Below, in pieces: positions 12,505 to 26,450 of a stretch of 64,000 nucleotides of DNA (positions are counted from its first letter, which is position 1; the number at the start of each line of letters is the position of its first letter). The notes beneath the pieces were generated by a model, which worked only from the letters and a program-made list of their open reading frames with translations, did not search any database and was not told where the DNA came from. Made by a program: the position numbers and the translations under genes. Location: positions 64,418,001 to 64,482,000 of the forward strand of contig NC_043005.1 of NCBI RefSeq assembly GCF_006345805.1, given 5' to 3'. The DNA is from Octopus sinensis (taxonomy: Eukaryota).

Positions 12505-13110
12505 GGCTAGGAGAAGGAGGAAGAGGAAGTGGAAGAGGAAGTGGAAGTGGAAGTGGAAGAGAGGGAGGAAGTGGAAGAAGATGAAAAGGAGGCGGAGGAG
12601 GAAGTGGGAGAGGAAGAGGAAGAAGTGGAAGAAGAGAAAGAAGAAGAGGAAGTGGAAGAAGAAGAGGAAGTGGAAGAGGAAGTGGAAGAAGAAGAAGAAG
12701 AAAATGAGGCGGAGGAGGAAGTGGGTGAAGAGGAGGAAGTGGGAGAAGAGGAGGAAGTGGGAGAAGAAGGAGGAGGCGGAGGAGGAGGAGGAAGTGGGAG
12801 AAGAGGAGGAAGTGGGAGAAGAGGAGGAAAGGAAGAAAGGAGGAAGTGGAAGGAGGAAGAGGAAGAAAGGAGGAAGAGGAAGAAAGGAGGAAGAGGAAGA
12901 AAGGAGGAAGAAGAAGAGAAAGAGGAAGAAAGGAGGAAGAGGAAGAAGGAGGAAGAGGAATAAAGGAGGAAGAGGAAGGAGAAGGAGGAGGAAGGAGGAA
13001 GAGAATGAGGAGGAGGAGGAGGAAGAAGAAGAAAGAAGGATGAAGTGGAAGAAGGACAGAGGGGAGGAAGTGGAGGAAGAGAATGAGGAGGAGGAGGGGA
13101 GGAGGAGGAC
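12505..13110. repeat. ~600-bp purine-rich GAG/GAA low-complexity tract
   Basis: Nearly all A/G on the + strand. Confidence 0.9.
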
Positions 13111-14978
13111 TGGCAGGATAGAGATGATTTCTGACCGACATCAACGTTTACGCATTCATATTTTAGTGGTTTAATCAGTCGCGACGATTTAGTAAACGAC
13201 TGACCATCCATTACTAATTGTATCGAGTGCAATGCAGTAACCGGAGATGTCATTTGAGCTCAGAACATAAGAGTAGAGAATTAAATATTCGTTGACTTCG
13301 TTGACATTGTTTGCGTACGGGGGTGACAAAAGCAAATCTTGTCATAACATTCTACAGTGTTTGTCTATCATTTAGTAGCCAGTATATGACACAGAGTATT
13401 TTGACCTCATTGAACATGTTCAACGTAATTCCTCAACTCCCCACTTGAACGTATAGAGTAAGTGAAAGAGGGTGGAGTGAAGGAAAAAGATACTGGATTT
13501 ATTTGAAAACACTGAATAATTCTGTTAGTCTAGAGTTGTTTGACATTTTAGCTTGCTACTTTACGCGTAGAATACGTCGAGTGGATTATGAGATAAGAAG
13601 ATGTAGTAGTCAAGCTACTGGACTGATTGTGTAATATGACGGTGTGTATCATTAATATGATTCACTTTTAGTATCTTCTGACGGAAATGTCCTGCTTATT
13701 GACTATCACCACTTAAATTAGAAGGGAAGCACAATACTCAAACCAATTTAGATGCTTACTGTTGAGAGTCATAGTTACAGAGACCAAACAAGATATATCT
13801 TGGTTGGAGAATTTTATTTGACTTATTCATAAATGGATGATAAGCAGTGAGAACATTTAGCATAAGCAATAAAGCACTATTCACGTCGATTGGGATAAGA
13901 TGCCTCTGGGTACCGATTTTGTCATTGATGAAAACGTTTTTCATTAAACAAAATCCAGTTGAGTAATAATTTCGTATTATTCGTGGTGCTTACGATTTAT
14001 ACGTTTGTAATTTGTCGTCCGGGAACAAACATTTCGGTTGTACACTCCCAGGGCCTTTGACACAATCAAAAAAATAGCAGTACTGTCTGAAGGTATCAAA
14101 ATCACGCTGATATCGGAAGGGCAGCTGACGAGGAAAGTTCGTCGGTTGTGTCAAACAGATTTTCGTTTCCACGTTAATGTCTCTGCTCGCTGTTACTCCC
14201 CTGATAAATTTATCTACTTACCTAAGTTTGTATACGTTCTTAAGTTACCTTCGGTTCCTTGACATAGTTTGTCATAAGGCTAAAATAAAAATTATTTTGC
14301 AGGATTTATATCATTTTGTAAATAGTTGTTCAAAGAGGTCGAAATGCTGTTATACGGCATTGTATGTGTGTGGGGTAGTCATTCTCTTTTAGTGCCTTAT
14401 TAATTTAACACACTCACTGGTCAGATTTTCACTCATTTACTTATTTATCTTTACTAAAATAGATTGACTCTCCTCAGACAATAAAATATGCTTCAACACA
14501 CGAATTCACATAAAGAATCTTGCAAACCAAATAGAAAGCGAAATATGTGAGTGTGTGCGTGCGTGTATGTGTGGGCGCGCGCGCGTGTGTCTTACTTGTT
14601 TCACTCATTAAACAAGAGCGCATATGCATATATGGGTACAGGACGTCACCAACAGTAAACAACATGAAATACGAAAACAAAATGAGTTAAATACACAAAT
14701 AACGAAAGGGAAAAAAAGGACAACTGATATAAAGAATGACCCTTCATCAGTTGTCGGTAGTCTATCTACTCCCCATTTCGAGCAATCAATATATATTGAG
14801 CACCCTTGGTCACACTTAGTGACAGTTGAATTTCTTTCTTTATGATATCACATTCCGCCTTGCTATTCATATTAATTTTTTCTATATGCATAAGCATTCT
14901 GGTAAATCATCCTTAGACTTTTACGGTAAATACATATATGCTGATAGACGGAATTAGTCGAGATCTGCCGGTCGAGCA

Positions 14979-15033
14979 GTCTTCACTGACGATGCCTACA
15001 GATTGGGCGAAACTAGACGTCTAGTCTGAGGAT
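14979..15033 (+). ncRNA. Type I hammerhead ribozyme, canonical core, apparently intact
   Basis: GTCTTCA CTGACGA T GCCT ACAGATT GGGC GAA ACTAG ACGT CTAGT C TGAGGAT. Core CUGACGA/GAAA, 14-nt palindromic stem III, GUC triplet; predicted cut after 15026. Confidence 0.85.
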
Positions 15034-17089
15034 TCTTGAAGCAGTCATGGCGCGGTTACTTTACCTGTCAGCATGTGTGTATACATTTGCTTTCCAATGA
15101 AAATCCGCAGTGATATATGTTCTACTTGTCGCTTACGTAAATGCAGTGAACCAATGATTGGTCTGTTGGTAAACTGCAGCCAACGAAAGTGGTGTTCATC
15201 AATTACAGAATAATATAAAATATCTAAATAACTACTCGCATAAAGATTTATGGATAAAACACATACGTACTTAATGCTAAACCCTAAAAGTATAGCGCAT
15301 CACCAACACACAATGAAACGCTTTTTATCAAAAATAATAACTAATGTTCTGTTGTGTCTGGGGAGAGTCATTTTTTTTTTTGTGCCTTATAATGTAACAC
15401 ACTCACCGGTAAAATTTCCACTTATTTCTTATTTTTATTTTCCTAAAATTTTCGTTGTGCCTTGCAACCTTTTCAGTAGTTGCAAACCAACTCCAAAAAC
15501 GAAGTAACTAATGTGTGATATCAAAATGTCTCATATGCAAATGTCATTAAAATATCCTATGTTATATAGCATTGACGATTTTGTTTTCATCTGAACGAAG
15601 AGTGATTTATCAGTTTGGTAGAATATGGCTGAAAAATCAAAAGAACGGAAAGTGAAACTAAATGGTTCAACTAGGAGTCGAACTTGAATTACTGGCTCGA
15701 TTTCCCAATACATTATCATTCCTCACACACACACACACACACACACCACACACACACACGCGCACACACAGATGCACATAGAGGTGAACATGCACATACA
15801 CACATACGCCTGCAATCTAACATTTGTGAAAATATACAAAATGTACTCCTTAACATTGCTGCGACGTATTACATAAACGTCTCAACGATATATAGTTTTA
15901 CACACTCAAACCTTCATTGAAATATATAAAACAGTCTTTTACAAAACGCGCGCACGCACACACGTATATTCAAATGTCCCTGAAGACAAACAGCTGCCGA
16001 AGTAAGCTCTTACTGTAGCCTTTAAGTTTTCGGACTTTGATATAATTATTTCGGTTATTTATTTCTCCAACGTTCATCCATCCAGTGTTGCATAGTATAA
16101 GAGACAGCAAAGAAACAGAACTTTCACTATAAAAAACAACAAATTTCTCACATTAAAATATTAATAATGATTAGACAGGTAGAGAAAGTAAAGGACAACG
16201 ACAATAATAATAGTAATGATAATAACAAGGCCTGAAATTTAGTGGAGGGGGATAGTCGGTTGCATCGACGAAAGTGCGAAACTGGTACTTAATTTATCGA
16301 CCCCGGAAGGATGAAAGGCAAAGTCGACCTCGGCGGAATTTGAGCTCAGAACATAACGGCAGACGAAATACAGCTACGCATTTCGCCCGGCGTGCTAACG
16401 TTTCTGCCAGCTCGCCGCCTTTCTCTCTATTCTTTCTTGTTGGCTGGGACACCATGTTTATATTTCGAATTTTTTTTTTTGATGGGGGGGGGTGCTAATG
16501 ACAGCTGTGATGACCCTTCTGCCTAATTGTTGACTTTGGTCGGGAGTTTTTGTTCTGTTTATTTTTCACTTTATAGGGTTTATTTTTCTTCTTAACTTTC
16601 ATTCTTTTCTTTCAGAAATGCATCGAAAGATCTGGAGAAATCAATTTATAGTGTAATAAATATGTCATTTGCAAAGGGCTGCAGATTGGGTGTTTCAGGG
16701 TGCACAGCAAAAGAAAGAGAAGAAAGATATGAAAGAATTAATGAAAGATAAAAGAGGAAGGGATGATAACAAATAGGAGAGAATATGAAGATAAAAAAAA
16801 AGAAAAATCCCTGAGGATGTGATAAAAGAAATGAAAGTAGAATGCTAAGAAGGAAGGACGGACGGTGAGAATGGTTGGGGAAAAGATAGTAAAAGAAAAG
16901 AAAATAAAAAGGTGGGGAATTATTATATAGAAAAACAAAATAGAGAAGCAGAGAACGGGGGGGGGAGCAACGGGACGAAATAATGATAGTGTAACAAAGA
17001 CAGAGGCAAAACTGTAAAGAGAGCAAGTCACATCGAGTGAATAAAGTGAGTGTGGCTCAGAAGGACATACACACACGCACGGAAGATGA

Positions 17090-17134
<45 letters not shown>

Positions 17135-17273
17135 CCAAAGAGACGAAAGAAAAAAAAACAGAAAATGTTCCTTTAGAGAAAAACTACAAACACGAACACA
17201 CACACACACACACACATGTCCTCTCTTCATTCCATCTCCTCTTTTCTGTGTCTGTTTGTCACACTGTCTCTGT

Positions 17274-17369
<96 letters not shown>

Positions 17370-17626
17370 CTGTGTATGAATGAATGAACGAATGAAGTTG
17401 TAATAACAGTCGTGAAAGAAATTAATTTCTTGAGATAATGGTACCACACCACACACACACACACACACACATACACACTCACACAAATACATATAATGTA
17501 CATACAGATACAAATGGCACACAGACAACAAATATCTAATCGCTCACATACACATAGACAAAATGAATGTATATTACACACACACACAAACACACACACA
17601 ACACACACACACACACACACACACAT

Positions 17627-17658
<32 letters not shown>

Positions 17659-17890
17659 CACACACAGTACATACCTATCAACTGACACTCAGATTTCGTT
17701 TGAAGGCGAAATGTCGCAAGAATGATTAATTTATCCCCCTTCCTCAATATTCTGCCAGCCCAGACCGCTTCCTTCAATGACGTTTCATTATTAACAGCAG
17801 CCACACTCTTCCTTCCTATCAATTCTCTTCACTGCTTCAGAATAGACATCCATACACAAACACACACAAGGACCACATAACGATGGATGA

Positions 17891-17923
<33 letters not shown>

Positions 17924-18069
17924 TCACACACACACGTGCGCGCGCTTACACACACATACATCCACACATATGATAGCTATCATATGTGTATGAGAATGTA
18001 TCGTATGTGTATGACAAATGTACATAACAGCATGTGCCCGTGTGTGCGTCTGTGTGTGTGTGTGTGTGC

Positions 18070-18104
<35 letters not shown>

Positions 18105-20369
18105 AAGTTTGGGTTTGAGCGTATTAACTACTGGTTATGCATATATTTGTAATTTGCAAAATGAAAGTACACGATTATATGTGCATATACATGTTTGTGT
18201 GTGTTCGTGCATGCGTGTGTATGCATATCGCTGTACTATACATGTATTTGTGTATGCAGGTATTTGTGTATGTTTGTATGTGAAATGTCTCTGTTATATC
18301 GCTACTGATGTCTTCCTTTCAACTGGATGAGTCAATCTGATGTAGTCAATCTCACTCAGAGCTTTAAATTGCAGATTTGAAAAGAGCAAGTTGTTGCTGC
18401 TGCTGTTTAGCTTAGATTAGAAACCGTGGTGAAGCAGACCTTTGGTCAAAGACGTTTTAGTCTTCACCATAGTTACAAAGTCTACCGCAATTCTTGCCTT
18501 TTAGAGAGAGAGAGAGGGGGGAAACATGATGGTTGTTAATAGAAGGCCGAGCTACATTGCAGGTGCTCCATTGTTTGTCTTACTAGAAAGATATGAAATG
18601 AAATGGTTCTAGTGAAATTTCCCTGACACTCACACTAAATGCGCCTAGGTAAATAACTCAAGTGAGTAAATAGCATGGATTTTCATAATTCAGATACGTG
18701 GAGATCCATGACGGCTTGCAGATAAAATTAGTTGGAGTACTGCTCCAGAAATTTTTTAGCCGTTGTTTTAATATTGTGCAAAAGGAAACAAACATATAAA
18801 AAGAAAATTTATGCATAAACTTGATCGGTTCGCGTTTTAGCCACTGTTGGGCAGTGTGTTTAATTTGTTCACTGTACATCGCCGCGAAATTCCCCCTTGT
18901 TTTTCAAAGCCCTCCCTACTAAATCACAAAATAAGGGAGAAAATCTGCCCTGTTTTTCAAATCTTGGCAACAACACTGTAGCTGGAAGCAGGGTAATAAT
19001 CTAATCCTACACTTGATCACAAAAAGAAACACAACCTTTCACCAGCACACAAGAGTCAGCGCTGCGTGAGCGACAGTACTCTCTCTCTCCTAGCGTGCAG
19101 CTTCCTATCTCGGACATGTGAGCATGCGCACAACAGCCAAACACCGCGTCACTGGAACTGTGAAGCGCACAGTTTTATACAAATATTTTTGCATTTTTTT
19201 CCATAAATTAGAGAATGGCTTAAGGATTATATAACGTACAATACAAAAGAAAGAATTTTTAAAAAGGACTCATTATATTGAATGTTATCGATAATATCGA
19301 GTGGAAATAGGAGGTGCTGCAGTTCCGCAGTGCCTACACACGAGCCACCAGTGGTGGAGATGTACTGTGTGACGTACTCCACATGTTTTTAATAATTTGA
19401 AACCTGCTTTTTACTTGGGGAACGAAAAAAACTTACCAGCAATTGTTAGAGACCTCTTAAATCAGGGGAAATAAGCAGCAGAGATGCTTTGTCCAACGCA
19501 GAAACTCACGGAGCTACTCAGAGGTATTGCAAACTATTCTGAATTCTGAATTAATCATCGGAAACTCTGCCATATCATCAACAGTTATCTCAAGGTCACA
19601 ACTTATCGGCCTTTTGCTGTAAGCTTCACTCGAGTAGGGCAGTGAAGACCTAATTAATTTTCGCTTGCTGAGGGATTCCAAATGCGGTCTGTCATCAAGC
19701 AAAAGAAATTAAGAAATTAATTTCACAGAAAATATATTTGTTTAGAGATAAAATTAAATTTTTGTTGGGAAGAACAGTAACAGCTATATATAAAAGCATA
19801 CAGACTTCCATCCTTGGAACGACGAAGATTTCTCTGCTTGCTTGCTTGCTTGCTTGCTTGGAATAGCAACCAAATCACTCTCAAATCGCGTCCTACTGCA
19901 TTAAATAAGAAAATTTGGATAATATAGAGTTGTCCTACCAAAACATTCAAGGTCGTCAAATTTGAAATGGCTTTTGACAACAGGTCTGTTCGGTCAGGAC
20001 TGACTTCGGCTAAGTAGCAACAACAGCAATATACAGACTGCCAACGAGATATACTCAGGCTAACGTTTATATCAGTTCATAGGAATCAGTCTACCAAAGA
20101 CATTTCCTGTCAATATATTTACTTCTGCAAAAGAAATGTTATTAATTAAAAGATTCAGCGAGATGTTAACCATCAGTATTATAGACATCTTATGATAATA
20201 TACATTTTTCTTTTGTAAATCCATCGCTTTTCAGACAAACCTGAAGATGTCAAGGAGACTCAATCACTCACATTTTTATGCTTATCCAAAGAGCGTAATA
20301 TCATAACAAATCATAACTTTGATAACTTTGATAGGTTTCAGCCAGTATAGGCTCAAGCTGTGTCTAACT

Positions 20370-21590
20370 TAAAAGCACTACCTGGTGAAGTATTTTAGTC
20401 ATATATGGGGCACCATGGCCCACTCTAGCAAAGAGTTATTATTGTTGGAGACATATCCGTGTGTAAGAGGTTGGTCAAGGATTTTTTTGAGAAATTTGTC
20501 CAGAGAACTTTTGAATTTTGTGGGATCCGCTTCCATTTTGACGTATTTTGGTATAATATTAAAGAGAGCTGGACCGGTTGAGGTAAAGTAGTTGTGTCGT
20601 AATGTTGTTATATATCCTGAGTTCAATTTTTGTTGTAGGCGGATAGCACGGGGGCCAAGTCTTAGGTGGATTTTAAAATTGATGCCAACATCATTTGTGA
20701 AATATTGATGGAATATTTTCCACATCACACAAATGATTTTGCACTTCCGGCAGCGTTGGAGAGAGTAGAGATTGAGTTTTTTTAGTCGACCCCAATAGTC
20801 AATGCTTGCCATGCCGTCTTCCACTTTCATAATGAGTTGCTTCGTACAAGGAGACCACAGCGGGCAACAGTATTCAAGGTGGGATGGATAAAAGTAGAGT
20901 AGAGGAGGATGATGGTTTAGGCATCTCTAGACCGGAAAGTTCTCAGAATTCAGGAATATATCTTGCGGGCCAAGTCAACATTACGTGGGAACTCCAGCTT
21001 AGATTGTTATCAACAATTACTCCAAGGACTGTGGTATTGTTGGATGACACTAAGGAGTCGCCCCAGGAAAGGGCATGTGGTTGTTTCAGCGTGTCCTCTT
21101 TTCCAAGTGGATCAAATTAAACTTATCTTCATTTAGAAGTATATTGTTCTTTTCCGCCCATTGGACAACAGCAAACAGATCCGACTGAAGGCATGCTCGG
21201 TCTCCCATACCGTTTATGGCCTTCTGGAGTTTGGATTCATCTGCGAAGATTTTCAATGTAGAACGCTTGATGACATCTATATCATTGGTATAGATAATGA
21301 AGAGGAATGGGCCCAACAGTACCTTGCGGGACACCACTTCTGACTTTGGCTGAGCTTGATCGGATTCCCTCAAACAGAACATGTTTGATTCTGTTCGTCA
21401 GGAAACACTCTATCCACTACAGAAGCTTTCCACGGTTTCCTAGTGTTGGAGAGTTTCTTCAGCAGGATTTTATGGTCCACACAGTCAAATGCCATACTGA
21501 CGTCAGTGATAGAGCCTTCTCCCAAAGCTTTTAAAATATCATCAAAATGGTGCAGAAGCTGTAACAGGCAGCCCCTGCCTGAGCCATTTA
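20370..21590 (-). mobile_element. CR1/L2-like LINE 3' fragment
   Basis: LLGPFLFIIYTND...KIFADESKL and YWGRLKKLNLYSLQR...KFKSSLDKFL; multiple stops and frameshifts. Confidence 0.85.
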
Positions 21591-21969
21591 TCTAAATGAA
21601 ATCATCTTATAAAGTGTTCACACACACACCACACACACACACAACATAGTCTAATAATTTATCTGCAGCTACAGCCAGTCGGAGGAAAATAGTTAAAATC
21701 CTTGTGCAGGACAAGGTGACGATAAAGTTATGATTTATCATTAAGATAGAAATATATTCAGCGCCGATAAGAGTCACATTCTTTCCCTTGAAGTTGTAGA
21801 TTAAGATTATTAAAAGTATTAAGAAAAACCTATCGTGCACAAACGTCCATGTTTATTAACCTTTTAAATTATCTGCCATTGATTCTAAATTCTCAATCTT
21901 AGATTTTAATGCACCATCAAAAAAGAATATGAAGTGGCTCAGACAGTTACCCTTGGAAAGTCATCGTAA

Positions 21970-22360
21970 TCTCTATAAAGCTGAAGTTGTCTGTGCATGG
22001 CAGGTTTGGTAGCTTTCAACTAACACTATCTCCTCCGAGACCCTGCGGCGCAAGTTGACCAAAATAGAGTATGATAGAAGAAGGCTTGCTCTTCCTTCCG
22101 TTGAAGAAAAAAATTCAAATCGGACCATGTTAACACCAAAAATTATTTACATCAAAAAGGTGCTTTTTTTTTCTTTCTATGAAAATCCCTATTTGTTACG
22201 ATTTTTTGACTGCTGAGTCGCCATTTTTCGGTGTATTTCAACCAGAAAAATGTTCACTTAAAGAGAATAACAAGCTACGTAATGCAAAATTTTAACTTTT
22301 CAAAAATTCCAATTCTAAAGGGTCAAAACAAACCGGAGCAACGCTGGGCGATACTGCTAG
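21970..22360 (+). mobile_element. Non-autonomous Helitron, short form
   Basis: A|TC 5' end, subterminal GC-rich hairpin, CTAG|T 3' end; shared body with 35588, 41482 and 56118. Confidence 0.8.
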
Positions 22361-22639
22361 TTCTGTATAAAGAAGTAATTTGTCAGATTCTCACGCCGCT
22401 AAATTATGCAGTGAATCGTAATGGCATTTAGAACTTCTATTTCTAAATGTACGACACCTCGATATCAACCAACAATATTCACAAGCAACGATATTTCCAA
22501 CAAAATTTTTCGTAAAAATAGAATATTGCGACAATGATAGGCATCCTTTTTTTTATTTGTCTCTAGTTTTTCGATAAAAAGCATCTCCCTTGAAATACAT
22601 CATTATTCTTTTATTCTTTTATATGTTTCAGTCCAATGA

Positions 22640-23135
22640 CTGTGGCTATGCTGGAGCACCGCCATTGTAATCATCTTTCCACTGTCCACTTTCCCTCTTT
22701 GTCGTAGCGGCTTTTGGTGAAGGATGGAGTTCTATGCTAGCTACTGCCCTCTTTTGAGTTTCTTGCTTAGATATTAGCTCATCCGGGATCTCGGTGAGCC
22801 AGAGGTCAAGTTCACGTTTGAAAACGTCTACATCCACTCCATGGAGTCTCCTCAGATTCTTCGGCAGACAGTTAAACAGCTGTGGGTCCTTGAAACCCAA
22901 GCTATTGCAGTACATCGTCCTTGCCCGAGGTGAAACAGTCGGCACAGTAGGGACAGCACAGTGACGTCCTGTTCATGGTCTGGTATAGCTCTTTATTCCA
23001 AAGTTTGGTACCAGTCCTTCCAGTACCTTCCATATATATATAAATCACTGTATGCCTCTCCCGCCTTCGTTCCAGGGAATAGAGTCGCAGCTCTTTCAAC
23101 CTGTCCCAGTAGCTCAATCGTTCCACTGATGCAAC
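22640..23135 (-). mobile_element. CR1/L2-like LINE 3' fragment (second family)
   Basis: LSYWDRLKELRLYSLERRRER; PQLFNCLPKNLR...FKRELDLWL. Confidence 0.85.
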
Positions 23136-23674
23136 TTTCTTTAACTCACATATGTCATTAATAAAGTGACACCTATAACCAACGGTAGACTTTTACAGCT
23201 GTACGAAAAGCTCCTCTCATAAAACGTTTTTAAAAACACTGACCGTTGGTGTCAACTTCTATTTCAGCGAACCCATCTTTCGATTGTTTTAGCAGTTAAG
23301 GAATAAGTTTGAACTCATCACTTGCCTTTTTGTACATCATCAACGATTCACCCTCAGTATGCAGTTTGTTGCATTTGACAGTCAGTAGAGCTATGTTGTA
23401 TGGCTCTAACAACCGGGAAAGCTGATTGGTTGATATTGGAAAACATACTCTTTACTCTTTCTCTTTCACTTGTTTCAGTCATTTGACTGTGGCCATGCTG
23501 GAGCATCGCATTTAGTCGAGCAAATCGACCCCAGGACTTATTATTTGTAAACGTAGTACTTATTCTATCGGTCTCTTTTGCCAAACCACTAAGTTACGGG
23601 GACGTAAACACACCAGCGTCGGTTGTCAAGCGATGTTGGAGAGGGGAGAGACAAACAGAGACACACAAACATAT

Positions 23675-23743
<69 letters not shown>

Positions 23744-26394
23744 TACGACGGGCTTCTTTCAGTTTCCGTCTACCAAATCCACTCACAAGGCTTTGGCCGG
23801 CCCGAGGCTATAGTAGAAGACACTTTCCCAAGGTGCCACGCAGTGGGACTGAACCTGGAACCATGCGGTTCGTAAACAAGCTAAGTTCAAGTTTTTTTTT
23901 TTTTTTTTTTTTTTTTTTATTTTAGATCTTGAAATATTCAAAAGGATTCATTTTTGTCACATGTAAATTTTCGTTAAAAAGGCCTGGTTTCGCATTTCGC
24001 CTAGCGTGCTAACGATTCTGCCAGCTCGCCATCTTTATTTTATACTTCTAACATATCTAATCTCACCGGCTGACACTACCATTACATAGCAAATTACTCA
24101 TGCTTGTTGCTATAAATTTTAGTTGGTGATTAATTAGTTTTGATGATTTCATGGCATGTCTTGCTAATAAGTTATGACTGCCTGTCTGACTTGACTGGAT
24201 GGAGAAAATGTTAACTGTGTGAAATAAATATTCATTATTTCTACTCTAGGCACAAGGTCTTGAAAGTTTTAGGATAAGGGGGCTAGTCGATTATATCGAC
24301 CCTAGTGCGTAATTGGCACTTATTTCATCGACGCTGAAAGGATGAAAGGCAAAGTCGACCTCGGCAGTATTTGAACTCAGAACGGAAATACAGACGAAAT
24401 ACCGCTAAACAATTCGCCGAGCGTTCTAACGTTTCTTATTTCTTTATTGCCCATAAGGGGCTAAACATAGAGGGGACAAACAAAGGGATTGGGTCCATTA
24501 CATCTACCCCAGTGCGTAACTGGTACTTATTTCATCGACGCTGAAAGGATGAAAGGCAAAGTCGACCTCGGCAGTATTTGAACTCAGAACATAAAGACAG
24601 ACGAAATACCGCTAAACACAATTCGCCGAGCGTTCTAACGTTTCTTATTTCTTTATTGCCCATAAGGGGCTAAACATAGAGGGGACAAGGGATTGAGTCC
24701 ATTACCTCTACGTCAGTGCGTAACTGGTACTTAATTTATCGAAAAGTCGACTTCGGCGGAATTTGAACTCAGAACGTAACAGCAGACGAAATACCTATTT
24801 CTTTACTACCCACAAGGGGCTAAACACAGAGAGAACAAACAAGACAGACAAACGGATTAAGTCGATTATATCGACCCCAGAGCGTAACTGCTACTTAATT
24901 TATCGACCCCGAAAGGATGAAAAGCAAAGTCGACCTCGGCGGAATTTGAACTCAGAACGTAAGGACAGACGAAATACGGCTACGCATTTCGCCCGGCGTG
25001 CTAACGTTTCTGCCAGCTCGCCGCCTTTCAATGTAGATATATTATCACAGGATTTTGGTTGATCAGCTCAGGTCATCTCACAACTATTGCATTACTTGCC
25101 TCACAATTACAAAGAGTATGAGTGGAACTAGGCAGTATTGATCGCTTCTTTTGCTCATACTGATCTAAATGACCGTGGTTCAAGGTTTGATTTCATAAAT
25201 GCCAGGTTTGAACTCGTAACAATTCCTTTACTAGTGATGTAACTTGTACCTACAGTAATTGATATATCTATATTTTTTTTTCTTACGAAATATGATATCA
25301 GGGTATCCAACACGCAATGGAACTTCAAAAGAAATGCTTTAATAGTATATCTGTCGAGTTATCATCTATCTCTGTTTTGCCGTGTTTGTGTCACAGTAAA
25401 TTAAAAATGAAGACCAATTTTGTGGAATAAAATACTACTTTCTCTAAATGGTTTTCGAGTCTTCATCTCCATCTCTCTGTCGCTCTTCCTTCACACACAC
25501 ACACACACACGCACACACACACACTCTCTCTCTCACCAGATGTGCAAACATTTTCAGGATGTACAGGATATGAGATGGGACCACACCCAGATGCTAATAA
25601 GCGATCGATGCAAATACACCCACTTCTACCCCATCAATCTGTTTGCAATAACAATAAAAAAGAAATCGAAAAAGAAAAAAGGGCACCCACACACACACAA
25701 AAAAAAAAGACGGAAAGAATCAATGAATGAACAGAAACATCGATATCGGGAAAAGGTTAGTTCTTGAATGAGGGGGGCGGTGGACATGAAGCACATAAAC
25801 TTGGATTGATTGCTATGTTCGTGTCATTGCTGTGGCTTTGCAGTTATTGTTTGTCACTAATATGAAAAATGATAGAAGAAAGGTGAGGGGAAATGAGCGA
25901 GAGGAGAAAACGTTGACAACAAATCAGCCATATAATTAAGTGAGTTATAAATTAGATAAAACCTTGCCATCTTCTCCGAGAGGCGGAAAATATGGCTTAA
26001 AATAAACAGGCGAAAGGATATGGTTACGAACTAAAGGCAGGGCAAACGAATTCAATGACGCTGATGACGGCGGCGATTGTGTGACAGTGACGCAGTAATG
26101 CTGGTGGATGTGTTGAGACAAGGATTATATCTGCTATTTATGGTAGTTCTGTTGTCAGTATTGCTAATGTGTACTTGGGATCTATATTTCTTTAAAAGAC
26201 AACGCATCAGATACAACTCAGCTGATCATAGTGGTCAGGGTTTCCACAGGAAATTATATGATCAGACTGAAACCGCATTCCTTTTTGATCCAGCATCTGA
26301 TTTCCTTATTTTCGGGCAGGAAGAGAATTTTTATACCAGCCAAGTTTTGAAATATTGTTGCACCTCCAATAATTTCCATGTATCTTCTGTTTGG

Positions 26395-26450
<56 letters not shown>

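Noticed and set aside
12443-13253. Long ORFs (up to 248 aa) on both strands
   Set aside because: Translations of a GAG/GAA low-complexity tract; no splice context or domain.
14020-14062. CUGGGGA...CCGAAAUGUU hammerhead-like string (minus)
   Set aside because: A6G core, poor stem II and no stem I pairing.
14735-14790. Type II hammerhead arrangement (GAAAT...CTGATGA, minus)
   Set aside because: Stems I and III cannot be formed with a correctly placed NUH.
15970-16000. CTGAAGA...GCCGAAG hammerhead-like string; similar weak cases at 640-668, 20232-20260 and 50440-50480
   Set aside because: GAAA or stems missing; not distinguishable from chance.
24235-25028. CRISPR-like repeat array; also the ~50-bp subrepeats at 44785-45060 and 59330-59520
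   Set aside because: Units are SINE bodies or SINE subrepeats without unique spacers; eukaryotic context, no cas genes.
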